NCBI GenBank assembly: GCA_001787205.1
Contig: MFWB01000008.1
Span: 101,644 to 165,643, forward strand
Reading direction: 5' to 3'
From: Candidatus Nomurabacteria bacterium RIFOXYB1_FULL_39_16
GTDB taxonomy: Bacteria > Patescibacteriota > Minisyncoccia > Phycocordibacterales > UBA9973
Length of the DNA stretch: 64,000 bases
Part shown: piece by piece, positions 50,397 through 60,472 of the stretch
Numbering within the stretch: the stretch's first letter is position 1
How the letters are laid out: each line of letters opens with the position of its first letter
Position numbers and translations under genes: made by a program
Notes under the pieces: model-generated
Told to the model about the DNA's origin: nothing
Database searches by the model: none
What the model saw: only the letters and a program-made list of their open reading frames with translations

Positions 50397-50440
50397 CCAT
50401 GATTTAGCTTACCCAAAAAGTTGGGGAAGCTTTGTGGACC

Positions 50441-50719
50441 TTAAGGGAATATCCTTTTAAATAAATCTGGGTAACCCTCACTAAGTTCATTGCTTAAGCT
50501 TCTATAAAAATCATTCCATTCGTTTTCCGTCATTTTATTTGTAGACTTACCTGTTTTTACAGATATAGCAAAACCACTCCTACAATCAATTGAAATATTT
50601 AATTCCTTCTCTTTATTCATTCGTCTTACCATTGAGAAAAGACGACCTGCGTGGGTATGTGGCACTAAAGGATATTCTTGTTCTATTTTTTTAAGTTGTT
50701 CTTTAAGTTCTTCGTTCAT
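50441..50719 (-). CDS. Hypothetical protein (second gene under the SAM riboswitch)
   Basis: 92-aa ORF starting 8 nt after the upstream ORF; hairpin at about 50406-50431 follows. Confidence 0.75.
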   Translation of the reverse strand: MNEELKEQLKKIEQEYPLVPHTHAGRLFSMVRRMNKEKELNISIDCRSGFAISVKTGKSTNKMTENEWNDFYRSLSNELSEGYPDLFKRIFP

Positions 50720-50727
50720 AAATTTTT

Positions 50728-50997
50728 TTAATTAAAGTTTCTAATATAATTAGGATCATCTTTTTTACGTTGTATTTCCAAATGTAACCATAGTGCAGTA
50801 GAAAAATAATAAAGACGTGGATTTTTTATAACACGCTTAGCTTCAAGTGGTGTTATATGCATGATCACATTATCAACACGATAATAATATTTTCCTTCGT
50901 CTCTGATAACCTCAGCTTTATATCTAAAAAGGTCTCGACTATGAATCCTAGAAAGATTACCTTCAATTAACCTAATGTTTAAGTTAACTATATGCAT
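50728..50997 (-). CDS. Hypothetical protein (first gene under the SAM riboswitch)
   Basis: 89-aa ORF; ATG directly after the riboswitch terminator U-tract, with AGGA SD in the terminator 3' arm. Confidence 0.72.
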   Translation of the reverse strand: MHIVNLNIRLIEGNLSRIHSRDLFRYKAEVIRDEGKYYYRVDNVIMHITPLEAKRVIKNPRLYYFSTALWLHLEIQRKKDDPNYIRNFN

Positions 50998-51168
50998 AAA
51001 AAAAATTCCTACATTAACTTAATAATGAAGGAAAGATTTCTTGTGTGGACTAAACACAAAACTCATCTTTCCTGACACTTGCGTGTCTGGTTGGATTTAG
51101 CACCTTACAATTGCAGGTTGCTGTGGGGTCATCGAGCCAATTCTCTACCACCACTCTTGATACAAACT
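50998..51168 (-). promoter_or_regulatory. SAM-I (S-box) riboswitch with terminator/antiterminator platform
   Basis: Minus strand ATCAAGAG-tggtggt-AGAGA-attggctc-GATGA-ccccac-AGCAACC...AAGGTGCTAAATCC...GGAAAGAT matches the SAM-I consensus; terminator 51006-51033 plus U8; TG-c-TATAAT at 51185-51193. Confidence 0.88.
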
Positions 51169-51244
51169 ATTCAATTGTACATACATTATAGCACTATTTT
51201 ATAAATTTTGCTAAATTTCCTAACACTTTATCTCCGCCCTCACA

Positions 51245-52597
51245 TTATTTTTTTATTCTTACTGTAACTAAATATTTAATAGGATCTATTGTTACACCTG
51301 GTATCTTGTTTGCGAATGGATTTGGCATTTTATATATAAATGGTGTTTCAGATAGATAATCAAAGACAATATATAAATGATAATTTTTGTCCTTCCTAGC
51401 AATTGTTATTTCATTTTCAGAGATAAAAAATCTAAAGGTAATAGCTGGAATATTTCTAACAGCTTTAACTTCTATGTGTTTTTCTGACCCATCAAAATCA
51501 AAAGATAATACATCATAGCCCAAAGTGTCATCCTTGAGAGAAACTTGTTCAACTTTATTTACCATCTTAGAATAATTTTTATTTAACTCTCCAATTTCAT
51601 GTTTTATAACAATTTTTTCAGCAAAATCTCCAGCTGTTCTGTTATTGCTATCTCGGAGTTCAAAATCAATTTTTTGTAGCCTAGGGGATATTTTTCTTCT
51701 TGTTTTTACACCTAGATCAGCATCTTCATCAATTTCCATTTCAATTATCTGAGGTTTTATATTTGAGATATCGGGAAGTTTTAACCCTCCAGTTATAGTA
51801 TTAACTATTTCTTCTTGTTCTTCTGTCGTTTTTTTCTCTAAGCTTTCGATAACCCTTAGATAGTTAGGGTTAATGGTATAAATCTGCCACCCATTGTTTG
51901 TATTTAAATAATTAAAATATCCACTATCACTAAAATCTCGTAGAGAAAAACTCTCTAAAATAATCTCAATGTCTTTTTTCGATAAATTAGATGTAATTTT
52001 TTCACCTTCCTTTTTAATATAAGAAGAAATTAGAAGCATGTCAAAAAATCTCTTAACGTTATCTGAGAAATCATCAATACTTAACTCTTTACTTTTTTTA
52101 TCTAAAATATCTGCATAAGTAGTTTTGTTTTTAGAATTTCTGTATTCATGTATTAAATCTACAACAAAAGAGATTTCATTTTTATCATTTATCCAGCACA
52201 CAAATAACTTATATTCATCAAAAGATATATATTCTAAAGAGTGCAAAAGAGTTAACAACACCTCCATCGGAGCAATTTTAATTGATAAATTATCGTTTAA
52301 TTTTGGACAATCCAAATATACTTTCATTATCTGCTCATCTAAAATCTTTTGTTTATAAAGAGAATTTAAAAAAGTTTCTCCAGCGTTTGAAATTTGTAAA
52401 TTGTCCCCACCAAGATTAACTATCAATCCAAGATATCTCAAAGTAATACTATTACGCGTCGTAAGTTCGTGAAAATCATTAGTCAAATCATTATAGATTT
52501 TATTTACGGCATCAATTGTATATTCTTTCTGTTTAGCTTTCTTCCAGAAATTCTTAGTTCCTTTGTTATTTAAATATTTTTTATATTCTTCAATCAT
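51245..52597 (-). CDS. Putative restriction endonuclease: AlwI-like N-terminal domain plus DUF3883 (NOV_C) PD-(D/E)xK nuclease
   Basis: GDFAEKIV, LGYDVLSFD...HIEVKA, FFISENE, YHLYIV; overlaps the dcm stop. Confidence 0.78.
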   Translation of the reverse strand: MIEEYKKYLNNKGTKNFWKKAKQKEYTIDAVNKIYNDLTNDFHELTTRNSITLRYLGLIVNLGGDNLQISNAGETFLNSLYKQKILDEQIMKVYLDCPKLNDNLSIKIAPMEVLLTLLHSLEYISFDEYKLFVCWINDKNEISFVVDLIHEYRNSKNKTTYADILDKKSKELSIDDFSDNVKRFFDMLLISSYIKKEGEKITSNLSKKDIEIILESFSLRDFSDSGYFNYLNTNNGWQIYTINPNYLRVIESLEKKTTEEQEEIVNTITGGLKLPDISNIKPQIIEMEIDEDADLGVKTRRKISPRLQKIDFELRDSNNRTAGDFAEKIVIKHEIGELNKNYSKMVNKVEQVSLKDDTLGYDVLSFDFDGSEKHIEVKAVRNIPAITFRFFISENEITIARKDKNYHLYIVFDYLSETPFIYKMPNPFANKIPGVTIDPIKYLVTVRIKK

Positions 52598-53706
52598 AGT
52601 TTTAAAACTTTGCGAATCTTTAACGCAATAGATTGTGCTAATAATGGAGGTACTGAATTTCCAATTTGTATACCAACTGAACCCCTACTACCGTAAAAAA
52701 TAAAATCATCATTAAAAGATTGTATCCGAGCTGCTTCACGAGGTGTTAGCGCTCGATGTTGTAGTGGATGAGTTACGCGACCCACAGAAGGAGTATCGAA
52801 CCTTGTGGTTATTGTATATGCAGGTTTATTCCTATTAATTCTTCCAAATGCTCCACTATGTATAGACTTTGTTTGTAGCGCTAATGGTAAACTTGATCTT
52901 CCTTCACCTTCTTTAATGCTTTTAAGTATCTTAATTATTCTAGGATCATGTTTAGTGGCTTGGTGGTTATATAGCTTTTTACTTTTTCCTCGTCTTTCTT
53001 TTTGATATTGAGTAAGATTTTTATTAAAAGCATACTCAGATTCAAACTGTCCTAAGCCTGCTGATACCTTTGGTAAATCTAAAATCGTTTCTGCAACAGT
53101 TACGTATGGTCTTTGTTTTTGAGGACCATGTGTCTTGTCTGGAAAAAAATCTTCGGGGTCTATCCCTATCCTATTACCTATAAATACTGCTCTTCTTCTT
53201 AATTGAGGAACACCATAATCTGCAGCAAGTAAAACATGGACCTTGGTTTCATATCCAATTTCTTTAAACTTTTTTATTATTTCATTTTTTACAGTTCCTC
53301 CGTGGATATTTAGCATCGCTGCTACATTTTCCATAACAAATATTTTAGGCTTGACGTCTTTTACTACCCGAATAAATTCCTTAAAAAGTTCATTACGTGG
53401 ATCATTTAAAAACGCACCATCATTACGTATTCTGCGACCTGCCATACTAAAACCCTGGCAAGGTGGCCCCCCAACAACAACACAAATATCTTTTTCTCCA
53501 TTCAATAATTCTTTCGAATCTACTTTGGTTATGTCTTCAACGATCATTTTTGTTCCAGGATGATTTTTTATGTAAGTATTAGCAATTTCTGCATTATATT
53601 CATTCGCAGACACTACATCAAAACCAGCTTTCTTAAAACCCACAGAAATACCACCCACTCCTGCGAACAGATCTATTATTTTTAGTTTACTTTTCTTGCC
53701 AGCCAT
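52594..53706 (-). CDS. DNA (cytosine-5) methyltransferase
   Basis: DLFAGVGG, GGPPCQGFS, ENV, YGVPQLRRR, REAARIQSF, GNSVPP. Confidence 0.96.
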   Translation of the reverse strand: MAGKKSKLKIIDLFAGVGGISVGFKKAGFDVVSANEYNAEIANTYIKNHPGTKMIVEDITKVDSKELLNGEKDICVVVGGPPCQGFSMAGRRIRNDGAFLNDPRNELFKEFIRVVKDVKPKIFVMENVAAMLNIHGGTVKNEIIKKFKEIGYETKVHVLLAADYGVPQLRRRAVFIGNRIGIDPEDFFPDKTHGPQKQRPYVTVAETILDLPKVSAGLGQFESEYAFNKNLTQYQKERRGKSKKLYNHQATKHDPRIIKILKSIKEGEGRSSLPLALQTKSIHSGAFGRINRNKPAYTITTRFDTPSVGRVTHPLQHRALTPREAARIQSFNDDFIFYGSRGSVGIQIGNSVPPLLAQSIALKIRKVLKL

Positions 53707-55276
53707 ACTCTTGTGATTTATTTTTTTTATAATTAAAGTTGTTTTTTAATAAATTTTCTATATTTGTAACTTCACCTTCTTTATTAGAATACAAATTATT
53801 TTCAACAATAAAAGGTATCAGTTTCTCATACAAAGAATCAGAAGTCAGATAACCATTATTTTTTTCTATCCAAGATTGAACCTTTCTTGCAATATACTTC
53901 TCACCACCCTCGTTGTTTAATTTTTTTTCCTTTGCTTTTACTTTCGTGTTTTTTATAAAATTATAAACAAAATCACCCCTCAGTGTATTGTTTCTATTGA
54001 GTCCCTGTGTACCAGATGCAACAGCCTGTTCCTGATAAACAACGTTTACAAGATGAAAACCAGCACTAGTCACGGCATCCATTACAGCCTTCCAAATATT
54101 TAGATTTCTATTATGGAAAGTAAACGAGAGATATTTTTCATCTTTTAAAACTCTATATAATTCAGCATAGACTTTTTTCATTCTTGATGAATAATCTTCG
54201 TATTTTTTATTACGATATGGATCATAAATGATTTCACTTTCATAATTTACCTTATTCCTAAGCCACCCATTCCAAAACATACTTAACCCAAAATAAGCAA
54301 TGCTATCACCATAAGGTGGATCGGTAAATATATATGAAACGGATTCCGATTTAACGTTTTTTAGATTAGTAGCATCAATGTTAAAGATTTGAGCATCCTT
54401 TGAGTTAAATATTCCCGCTACTTCTTGTTTACCTTTTTTAATTTTATGGAATCGATGCTTAAAGCTATTAAAAATATTTTTTTCTGTATGAATTTTTGGA
54501 GCCCATAATTTACTAATAACCCACCCTGACTTGCCATTAACTGATTCGAGATTACCAGGTATCATTTTAGAAACGTTTGGCAACATAGAAGTAAAACATA
54601 AAAGTATTAGATTTTTAACTTTCTGGTCATTAATTTCATCTATATCTTTAATTATTGAACCGAGCACCACCAATGCACGATCTGTAAAAAATTCATTCAA
54701 CCTACTTTTTCCATTTCTCTTAACAAATTTTAAAATTTCATCTTTTGGATAGAAGATTTTATTTTCCTTATCTAATTTATGGAAAACCTCTGTTGCTTTT
54801 TTAAAAACTTTCTGGTCATACAAGTCTACATTCTTTATGAACTTACCACAGCTATGACATAATGCTCTAATTTTTGAAAATTCTTCGTGATCCCAAATCG
54901 AATTTTCAAAGGCTGTAATTCCTCCACACTTAGGACATTTAGTATTATATAATTCAATAAATTTTTTATGATTCTTTTCGTATATATAATCAAATACTTT
55001 TTCAAATTCTTCTAAGTTAACGTCATTTATCGTATTTTCAGTAATAAAACAAGCCATAGGATTTAAATCTATCCCTATCGCTTTACGATTATTTTTAATT
55101 GATTCAATTATCACGACCCCACTTCCCATAAATGGATCAAGAATCGTCTCTCCTGGCTTTGAAAAATTCAAAATATAGTCACTCACCACATTGTGTGGTT
55201 TTCTCCCCCAGTATTTATGCATCATGTAGTGAGTTGGGTGAGTTTTTGCGGTAATGTTTTTATTTATTTTATTCAT
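53687..55276 (-). CDS. DNA amino-methyltransferase (N6-adenine/N4-cytosine) with zinc-ribbon insert
   Basis: HKYWGRKP, LDPFMGSG, CPKCG/CHSCG, TDPPYGD, FTFHN; start MNKINK. Confidence 0.9.
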   Translation of the reverse strand: MNKINKNITAKTHPTHYMMHKYWGRKPHNVVSDYILNFSKPGETILDPFMGSGVVIIESIKNNRKAIGIDLNPMACFITENTINDVNLEEFEKVFDYIYEKNHKKFIELYNTKCPKCGGITAFENSIWDHEEFSKIRALCHSCGKFIKNVDLYDQKVFKKATEVFHKLDKENKIFYPKDEILKFVKRNGKSRLNEFFTDRALVVLGSIIKDIDEINDQKVKNLILLCFTSMLPNVSKMIPGNLESVNGKSGWVISKLWAPKIHTEKNIFNSFKHRFHKIKKGKQEVAGIFNSKDAQIFNIDATNLKNVKSESVSYIFTDPPYGDSIAYFGLSMFWNGWLRNKVNYESEIIYDPYRNKKYEDYSSRMKKVYAELYRVLKDEKYLSFTFHNRNLNIWKAVMDAVTSAGFHLVNVVYQEQAVASGTQGLNRNNTLRGDFVYNFIKNTKVKAKEKKLNNEGGEKYIARKVQSWIEKNNGYLTSDSLYEKLIPFIVENNLYSNKEGEVTNIENLLKNNFNYKKNKSQEYGWQEK

Positions 55277-55337
55277 ACGAATTAAACGTAACAATATTTG
55301 TTATCACACAATAGATAAAAAATTGATTCAATATCAA

Positions 55338-57812
55338 TTACCGCTCTTGTTCATGATAACTTAAAATATCCTTATCTGAGTATAACATATTTAAGTACAA
55401 TTCTGGAGCATTTTCTGTATAAAGAATGAGTTTTCCTGAATAATAAAGCTCCTTAAACTTTTTCACCCTTCCCCTAACTTCAGTTATATATTCTGGCCTA
55501 ATTTTTATACCGTTTTTGTCTTTTTCGAGATATTTATTATAATGAACGATTCCATAAAATCTTGGGTCAATATGATTCTTTGTTTCAAGAAGTTTTTGGA
55601 CCTGATGTCTTTCTTCGTCTTCTCTAAATCGTAATATTCTTTCTACAACTTCCTTTGATTCAGTGTGCTCTTTTGTGATTGCTAAAAAAGTATTAAATTC
55701 AAATTTGCTAATAAATGAGTCCGAACCATAATCATCTAGTAATTGTATTAAAACATCATATATAAATAAAAATGGATATACTTTAAAATCTTTAAAAGAA
55801 ACACGTTTTGTTGATTCAATATATTTATTATAAGAACCATAAATTGGATTCCAATACAATATTTTTTCAAGTTGTAACGTAAGAATGTCTTGATAAATAT
55901 CCACATCTGAGAAATCTTTTGTCTTTTTACAAATTTCTTCAAATGAAATTGTCGGCTTGAGTGGAGATTCAGCTGATATAAAACCACTGATCTTGCTTAA
56001 CATTAAAGCACGAAAACCTGCTGTCATATTTTTACCAGGATATTTATTATTAACAATCTTTTGTATTTTTTCTATAAATTCTTTTTCACCTATATTTGGA
56101 TTATCTTTAATAATTTTAATACCCTCAAAATTAACTTGAAAATACTGATTCTGTTGCCCACGTTTCCAATATAAATTATCTTTTGTCCACTTATCTAAGT
56201 ATGTTGAATACTCTCTCCATTCTTTTGCAATTACATCATTTCTTATATCTTTCGAATATACAACTTCATTGCTTTTAAATATCTCAACAACTTCAGAATC
56301 AAAAATGACTTCACAACCATTTAAATCATAGACAAAAAGATCTTTCCCATCTTTGTGAATCTTTTTAAGTCCTCTAACCCCATTTTTTATATCAAGTCCT
56401 TCAAGAATTAAATTTGCAGTACGATAATTCCCTATGAAATCAAGAATCAAAACATTTTCTTTTTTAGGAGCAACACGTAAACCACGACCCATATGTTGAA
56501 TAAATATTGTTTTTGATTCTGTGGGCCTTAAAAATAATAAACAAGAAACATCGGGAATGTCGACACCTTCGTTGAACATATCTACAACAAAAGCCACCTG
56601 ACATTTGCCATCTCTAAAATGTTTTATTAATAAAGTTTTATCTTTATCTTCAACTCCTTCAAGCCCTAGGCTACGAGAATGTACGGCAATCGCATTAATA
56701 CCTGCAGCCTTAAATTTAGTAGCGCATCTTTCAGCATGTTCTATAGATGCACAAAAACCTATAGTTTTTCTATCACCAACAACTTCTTTGAATTTTTTTA
56801 AAATGGCTTGATCTCGTTCATCAATCAAAAGATGCTTATTAAGGTCCTTAGTATCATACTTAAATCCATTAAAATATATGTCGGAATAATCAATACTATC
56901 TTTAAATCCAAAATATTGGAAAGGTACTAAATAACCTTGCTCTATGGCCTGTTCCTGTCCCATCTCAAATACAACATTATTGTTATAAAATCCTAATATA
57001 TCTTTTCGATCCATTCGATCTGGTGTTGCTGTTAATCCTAGAAAAAATTTTGGTTTAAAATAGGAAAATATTAATCCATAAGTAGGTGCAGCAGTATGGT
57101 GTGTCTCGTCTATAATTATGTAATCAAAATAATCTGGAGAAAAACTTTCAATATGTTTCTTTTTACCCAATGTTTGTATAGACGCAAATAATATTTTTTT
57201 ATCTTTCTCTTTCTGTTTTCCATTATAAAAACCAAGGTCATTTTTTCTATCAGGAAACACTCGCTCGAATGATTCTTTGGTTTGCTTAAGAATTTCATTG
57301 ATATGGACAACAAAAAGTATCTTTGAGGCTTTAGTATCTTTTGCATCTAAAGCAGACAATATCGTTTTACCTAAACCTGTTGCAAGTATTGCGACAGCTC
57401 TATCTGATCCGTTTTCCCTTGTTTTATTAAGATTAACAAGTGCCTTTTCTTGAGCTTCGTGTGGTTTAATTTCTTTTCCTCTCTTTAAATAAAGATTAAA
57501 AAGCTCTTCGTCTGCTATAAATTGTCTTCGTAAAAAGTATTTTACTTTTTCTTTATCTTTTGCAATTAAGTCACTACCAATAGTTATTGTTTTAAGTAAT
57601 AATTGATTTGTGCTTATTAATTGACCAGTCCCTTCTTTACTTTCGTTGAAATTTATTAAATAACTGGCATAATCTGTTTTTATCTCTAACAATGCAACAT
57701 CACCGTCGGTGATGTTTGTAATGTGTTTTTTAAAATTTGTACTTAAATCGTCAAAAAGAATCTTGAGGAGATTTTTTAAATTTATATTTTTAATATCAAA
57801 AAGTGAATTCAT
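55338..57812 (-). CDS. SF2 (ResIII-type DEAH) helicase with C-terminal AlwI-like domain
   Basis: ATGLGKT, IIDETHH, GLTATP, FNEGVDIP, QHMGRGLR; C-terminus resembles the N-terminus of the 51245-52597 protein. Confidence 0.88.
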   Translation of the reverse strand: MNSLFDIKNINLKNLLKILFDDLSTNFKKHITNITDGDVALLEIKTDYASYLINFNESKEGTGQLISTNQLLLKTITIGSDLIAKDKEKVKYFLRRQFIADEELFNLYLKRGKEIKPHEAQEKALVNLNKTRENGSDRAVAILATGLGKTILSALDAKDTKASKILFVVHINEILKQTKESFERVFPDRKNDLGFYNGKQKEKDKKILFASIQTLGKKKHIESFSPDYFDYIIIDETHHTAAPTYGLIFSYFKPKFFLGLTATPDRMDRKDILGFYNNNVVFEMGQEQAIEQGYLVPFQYFGFKDSIDYSDIYFNGFKYDTKDLNKHLLIDERDQAILKKFKEVVGDRKTIGFCASIEHAERCATKFKAAGINAIAVHSRSLGLEGVEDKDKTLLIKHFRDGKCQVAFVVDMFNEGVDIPDVSCLLFLRPTESKTIFIQHMGRGLRVAPKKENVLILDFIGNYRTANLILEGLDIKNGVRGLKKIHKDGKDLFVYDLNGCEVIFDSEVVEIFKSNEVVYSKDIRNDVIAKEWREYSTYLDKWTKDNLYWKRGQQNQYFQVNFEGIKIIKDNPNIGEKEFIEKIQKIVNNKYPGKNMTAGFRALMLSKISGFISAESPLKPTISFEEICKKTKDFSDVDIYQDILTLQLEKILYWNPIYGSYNKYIESTKRVSFKDFKVYPFLFIYDVLIQLLDDYGSDSFISKFEFNTFLAITKEHTESKEVVERILRFREDEERHQVQKLLETKNHIDPRFYGIVHYNKYLEKDKNGIKIRPEYITEVRGRVKKFKELYYSGKLILYTENAPELYLNMLYSDKDILSYHEQER

Positions 57813-57815
57813 GGA

Positions 57816-60002
57816 TTATTTATTATCCAGGGTCTCACTAGCAAAAATTGCAGTGTGCATATTTTTAGGAGTAAGAATTACTGGCCACCAGAATGGTGAA
57901 CCCATCCACCCTTGTTCTTCTTTGCCATTTACTCTAATTAACATTAATACTGGAATGTCATCTGCTATCCTTTTAGCAATAGTAAGAGCCACTTCTCCAG
58001 TACCAGATCCAGCATCATCTGTAAATCTGCCATCTGATTTACAACGAGATAAATTACTATCAGTTCTCACCACAACTCCAACTTTCCCGTTTTGTGAAAT
58101 ACTGGCCGAATTTTTTGATAAATGTTCTATACTTGCTTTGAAAGCCTTAACATCCCATTCATACCCATTTTGTTCAGAAATAAAAGTTTTTTTTATTTTA
58201 TCTAAAATAGAAAGGGATTGTTCAACTGAAATCAAAAAATAATCCGATGTTGATTCAGCTTGTAAGCCTAAAATTTCTTTATCTAAATCCTCTATATCTT
58301 TTTTTATGTTACTTTTATAACCTGTCTGGAAACCAATAGGTAAAAGTCTTTTGTGGGGTTTAAGAGTAGTTATGCTAGAAAGCATTATTTTATTAGGCGA
58401 ACAAGGTACCAGTTTATCACTCGTGTCTTTGCGTATAAAATAAATACCATTATTATGTGAACCATTTAGAAAAGCCTCCCTTAGTGCATTATCAAATTCA
58501 TGTATGCGTTTCATTACTTCATAAATACTACGAGTCGTATATAAACGAGTTACTGCTAAATCCTCTTTAGATCTAGCTCCATACATGCGACAGTGCTGTA
58601 AGACAGTGTCTTGCTGAAATTTTTTAGGATTTCTACCATAGTAAAAACCTATCATGTTTTTAATCGTAATCCCACGATCCAAAATTTGACCTCCTATAAA
58701 AATATTTAGTGGAGTTCTTAATCTAAGCTGTCCCTTACTATCCAAGAGCGCTTTTACATCTTTATCTGAATTAACTTTTTCTACTACAAGCATTCCTTTT
58801 GTTAAAACATCTGATACTTCATGCAATACAACAGAAAAAATTGGTAACTGCAATCCAGAAAGTTCCACGGAAGGTTTTAAATCATTGTATGCTTCCTCAA
58901 CTAGAACATTAAATAATGCTTGGTCCTCTTTTGCAATCCTAACTAGCTCTTCGTTAAGTTTATTTACAACTTCCTCTTGCCAATTATGAGAATTTCTAGA
59001 TTGTTCAGTGTGAATTAGAAAACTGTAATTTTCTTGCTTTTCTCCTTTATTTTCTTGTTGAATGCGACGGATACTACCACCAACAATAAAATTCATTATC
59101 GAATTTCTAATTGTTCTTGTAGATGGACTAGTAAAAACTTCTTCTATTTTAAATGACCTGCGATCTGCCCGCTTAAGAGTCTTTCTTACTTTCAAAATTT
59201 CCAACTCTTCAATTGGAACCTCTTTATAAACGTGAAACGCAGTCGTTCCTTCTTCCTCACTTTCAATAAAATAATAATCACCTCCTACATAATCTTTATG
59301 AATAGGGACCAACACAGTGAAAGCTGGTCGTTTCGGTAGAAAAAGCGATTCTGAGTCTTCACTATCATCTGATTGTAAATATAACGAATATGGAGTGGCT
59401 GTGACCTGTAATAAATCAGATCGTTTAACTGTGTTTCGTATATCGTCTATTTGTTGAGCAATTTTTCCTTGTTCAATTGAGCCACTTTCTTTTTCTTTAT
59501 GAAAGCTAATACTTGCAAAATCTGCTTCGTCGTCAATTATAAGAATCTTTTTATTTTTTAAATCGGGATAAGTAGTAGTAAGTGTGCTTAATACATGTCT
59601 AAGATTATTAGTTTCTTTCTTTGCAACAATAATCAACTTTTGACTTAACTCATATGGCACCATATTTTTGGGGAAAAGCATGATGTCATGTATTTGAACT
59701 TTACTATCCTCCTCAAATACTTGAAAATCTTCATGTAGTCGTTTTAGTGTCTGTTCAGTAAGTGGCTTAGTGCCTTTTGTAAGTATTATTGTAATATCGT
59801 AATCATTATCAAATGCCAAAGCCATTACACCTAAAAAAGCACGGGTTTTCCCACTCTGCACCTTCCCAAGCAAAATACCAGGCTTTTTCAAGTTTGTATC
59901 AGAATCAATCAGTTTAACAACAGTTTCTTCTATACAACTTTTTAAAGAGTCGTCATCTTTGCGGTTATTAGTTAGAGTATTATAAAAATATCCTTTTTCC
60001 AT
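57816..60002 (-). CDS. Z1-domain protein with SF2 helicase-like N-terminus
   Basis: GKVQSGKT, IIDDEAD, TATPY, YVGG, IGGQILDRGITI, DTVLQHCRMYG. Confidence 0.85.
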   Translation of the reverse strand: MEKGYFYNTLTNNRKDDDSLKSCIEETVVKLIDSDTNLKKPGILLGKVQSGKTRAFLGVMALAFDNDYDITIILTKGTKPLTEQTLKRLHEDFQVFEEDSKVQIHDIMLFPKNMVPYELSQKLIIVAKKETNNLRHVLSTLTTTYPDLKNKKILIIDDEADFASISFHKEKESGSIEQGKIAQQIDDIRNTVKRSDLLQVTATPYSLYLQSDDSEDSESLFLPKRPAFTVLVPIHKDYVGGDYYFIESEEEGTTAFHVYKEVPIEELEILKVRKTLKRADRRSFKIEEVFTSPSTRTIRNSIMNFIVGGSIRRIQQENKGEKQENYSFLIHTEQSRNSHNWQEEVVNKLNEELVRIAKEDQALFNVLVEEAYNDLKPSVELSGLQLPIFSVVLHEVSDVLTKGMLVVEKVNSDKDVKALLDSKGQLRLRTPLNIFIGGQILDRGITIKNMIGFYYGRNPKKFQQDTVLQHCRMYGARSKEDLAVTRLYTTRSIYEVMKRIHEFDNALREAFLNGSHNNGIYFIRKDTSDKLVPCSPNKIMLSSITTLKPHKRLLPIGFQTGYKSNIKKDIEDLDKEILGLQAESTSDYFLISVEQSLSILDKIKKTFISEQNGYEWDVKAFKASIEHLSKNSASISQNGKVGVVVRTDSNLSRCKSDGRFTDDAGSGTGEVALTIAKRIADDIPVLMLIRVNGKEEQGWMGSPFWWPVILTPKNMHTAIFASETLDNK

Positions 60003-60216
60003 AATTTATATCATAATTAGTAAAACCTTATTATTCAAAAACTCTAAAAATCATAGCATTTTCAGCTTAATTTTGAAAGAGATTCTGGAATTGATTTTTT
60101 CAGCGTCTGCGGGGCGCAAACCGCAAGAACAAAAGCATTTGCACCCATAGGACAAACCACAAGGAAACGTATATCAAAACATATACATACTCACACAATA
60201 TAAAAAAGGATATTAG

Positions 60217-60384
60217 TTACTCTTCAAAATTCACACCCTCTCTCATCTTCTGCAAGATCAGCATTACTTCTGGGTTGTCTGGAATATCTATCTCACCGCA
60301 TTTAGGACACTTAGTCTCACAGCAAGGGCAATAGTTAAAACTACACTTCTTACAGTCCACAGGTTTTATTTCAATAGGAGGCAT
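60217..60384 (-). CDS. Small cysteine-rich zinc-ribbon protein (55 aa)
   Basis: MPPIEIKPVDCKKCSFNYCPCCETKCPKCGE...; below the ORF-track cutoff. Confidence 0.6.
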   Translation of the reverse strand: MPPIEIKPVDCKKCSFNYCPCCETKCPKCGEIDIPDNPEVMLILQKMREGVNFEE

Positions 60385-60472
60385 ACGATTTATTATACTT
60401 ATTTTTTATAAACAGGGAAACAAAAAACGGTGAGCCCAGAGATTTGGACCCACCGCTTAATGTTTATATATT

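Noticed and set aside
48157-60002. DISARM system (PLD plus helicases plus MTases)
   Set aside because: No DUF1998 protein; the PLD has two HKD motifs like cardiolipin synthase, is on the opposite strand and lies outside the island
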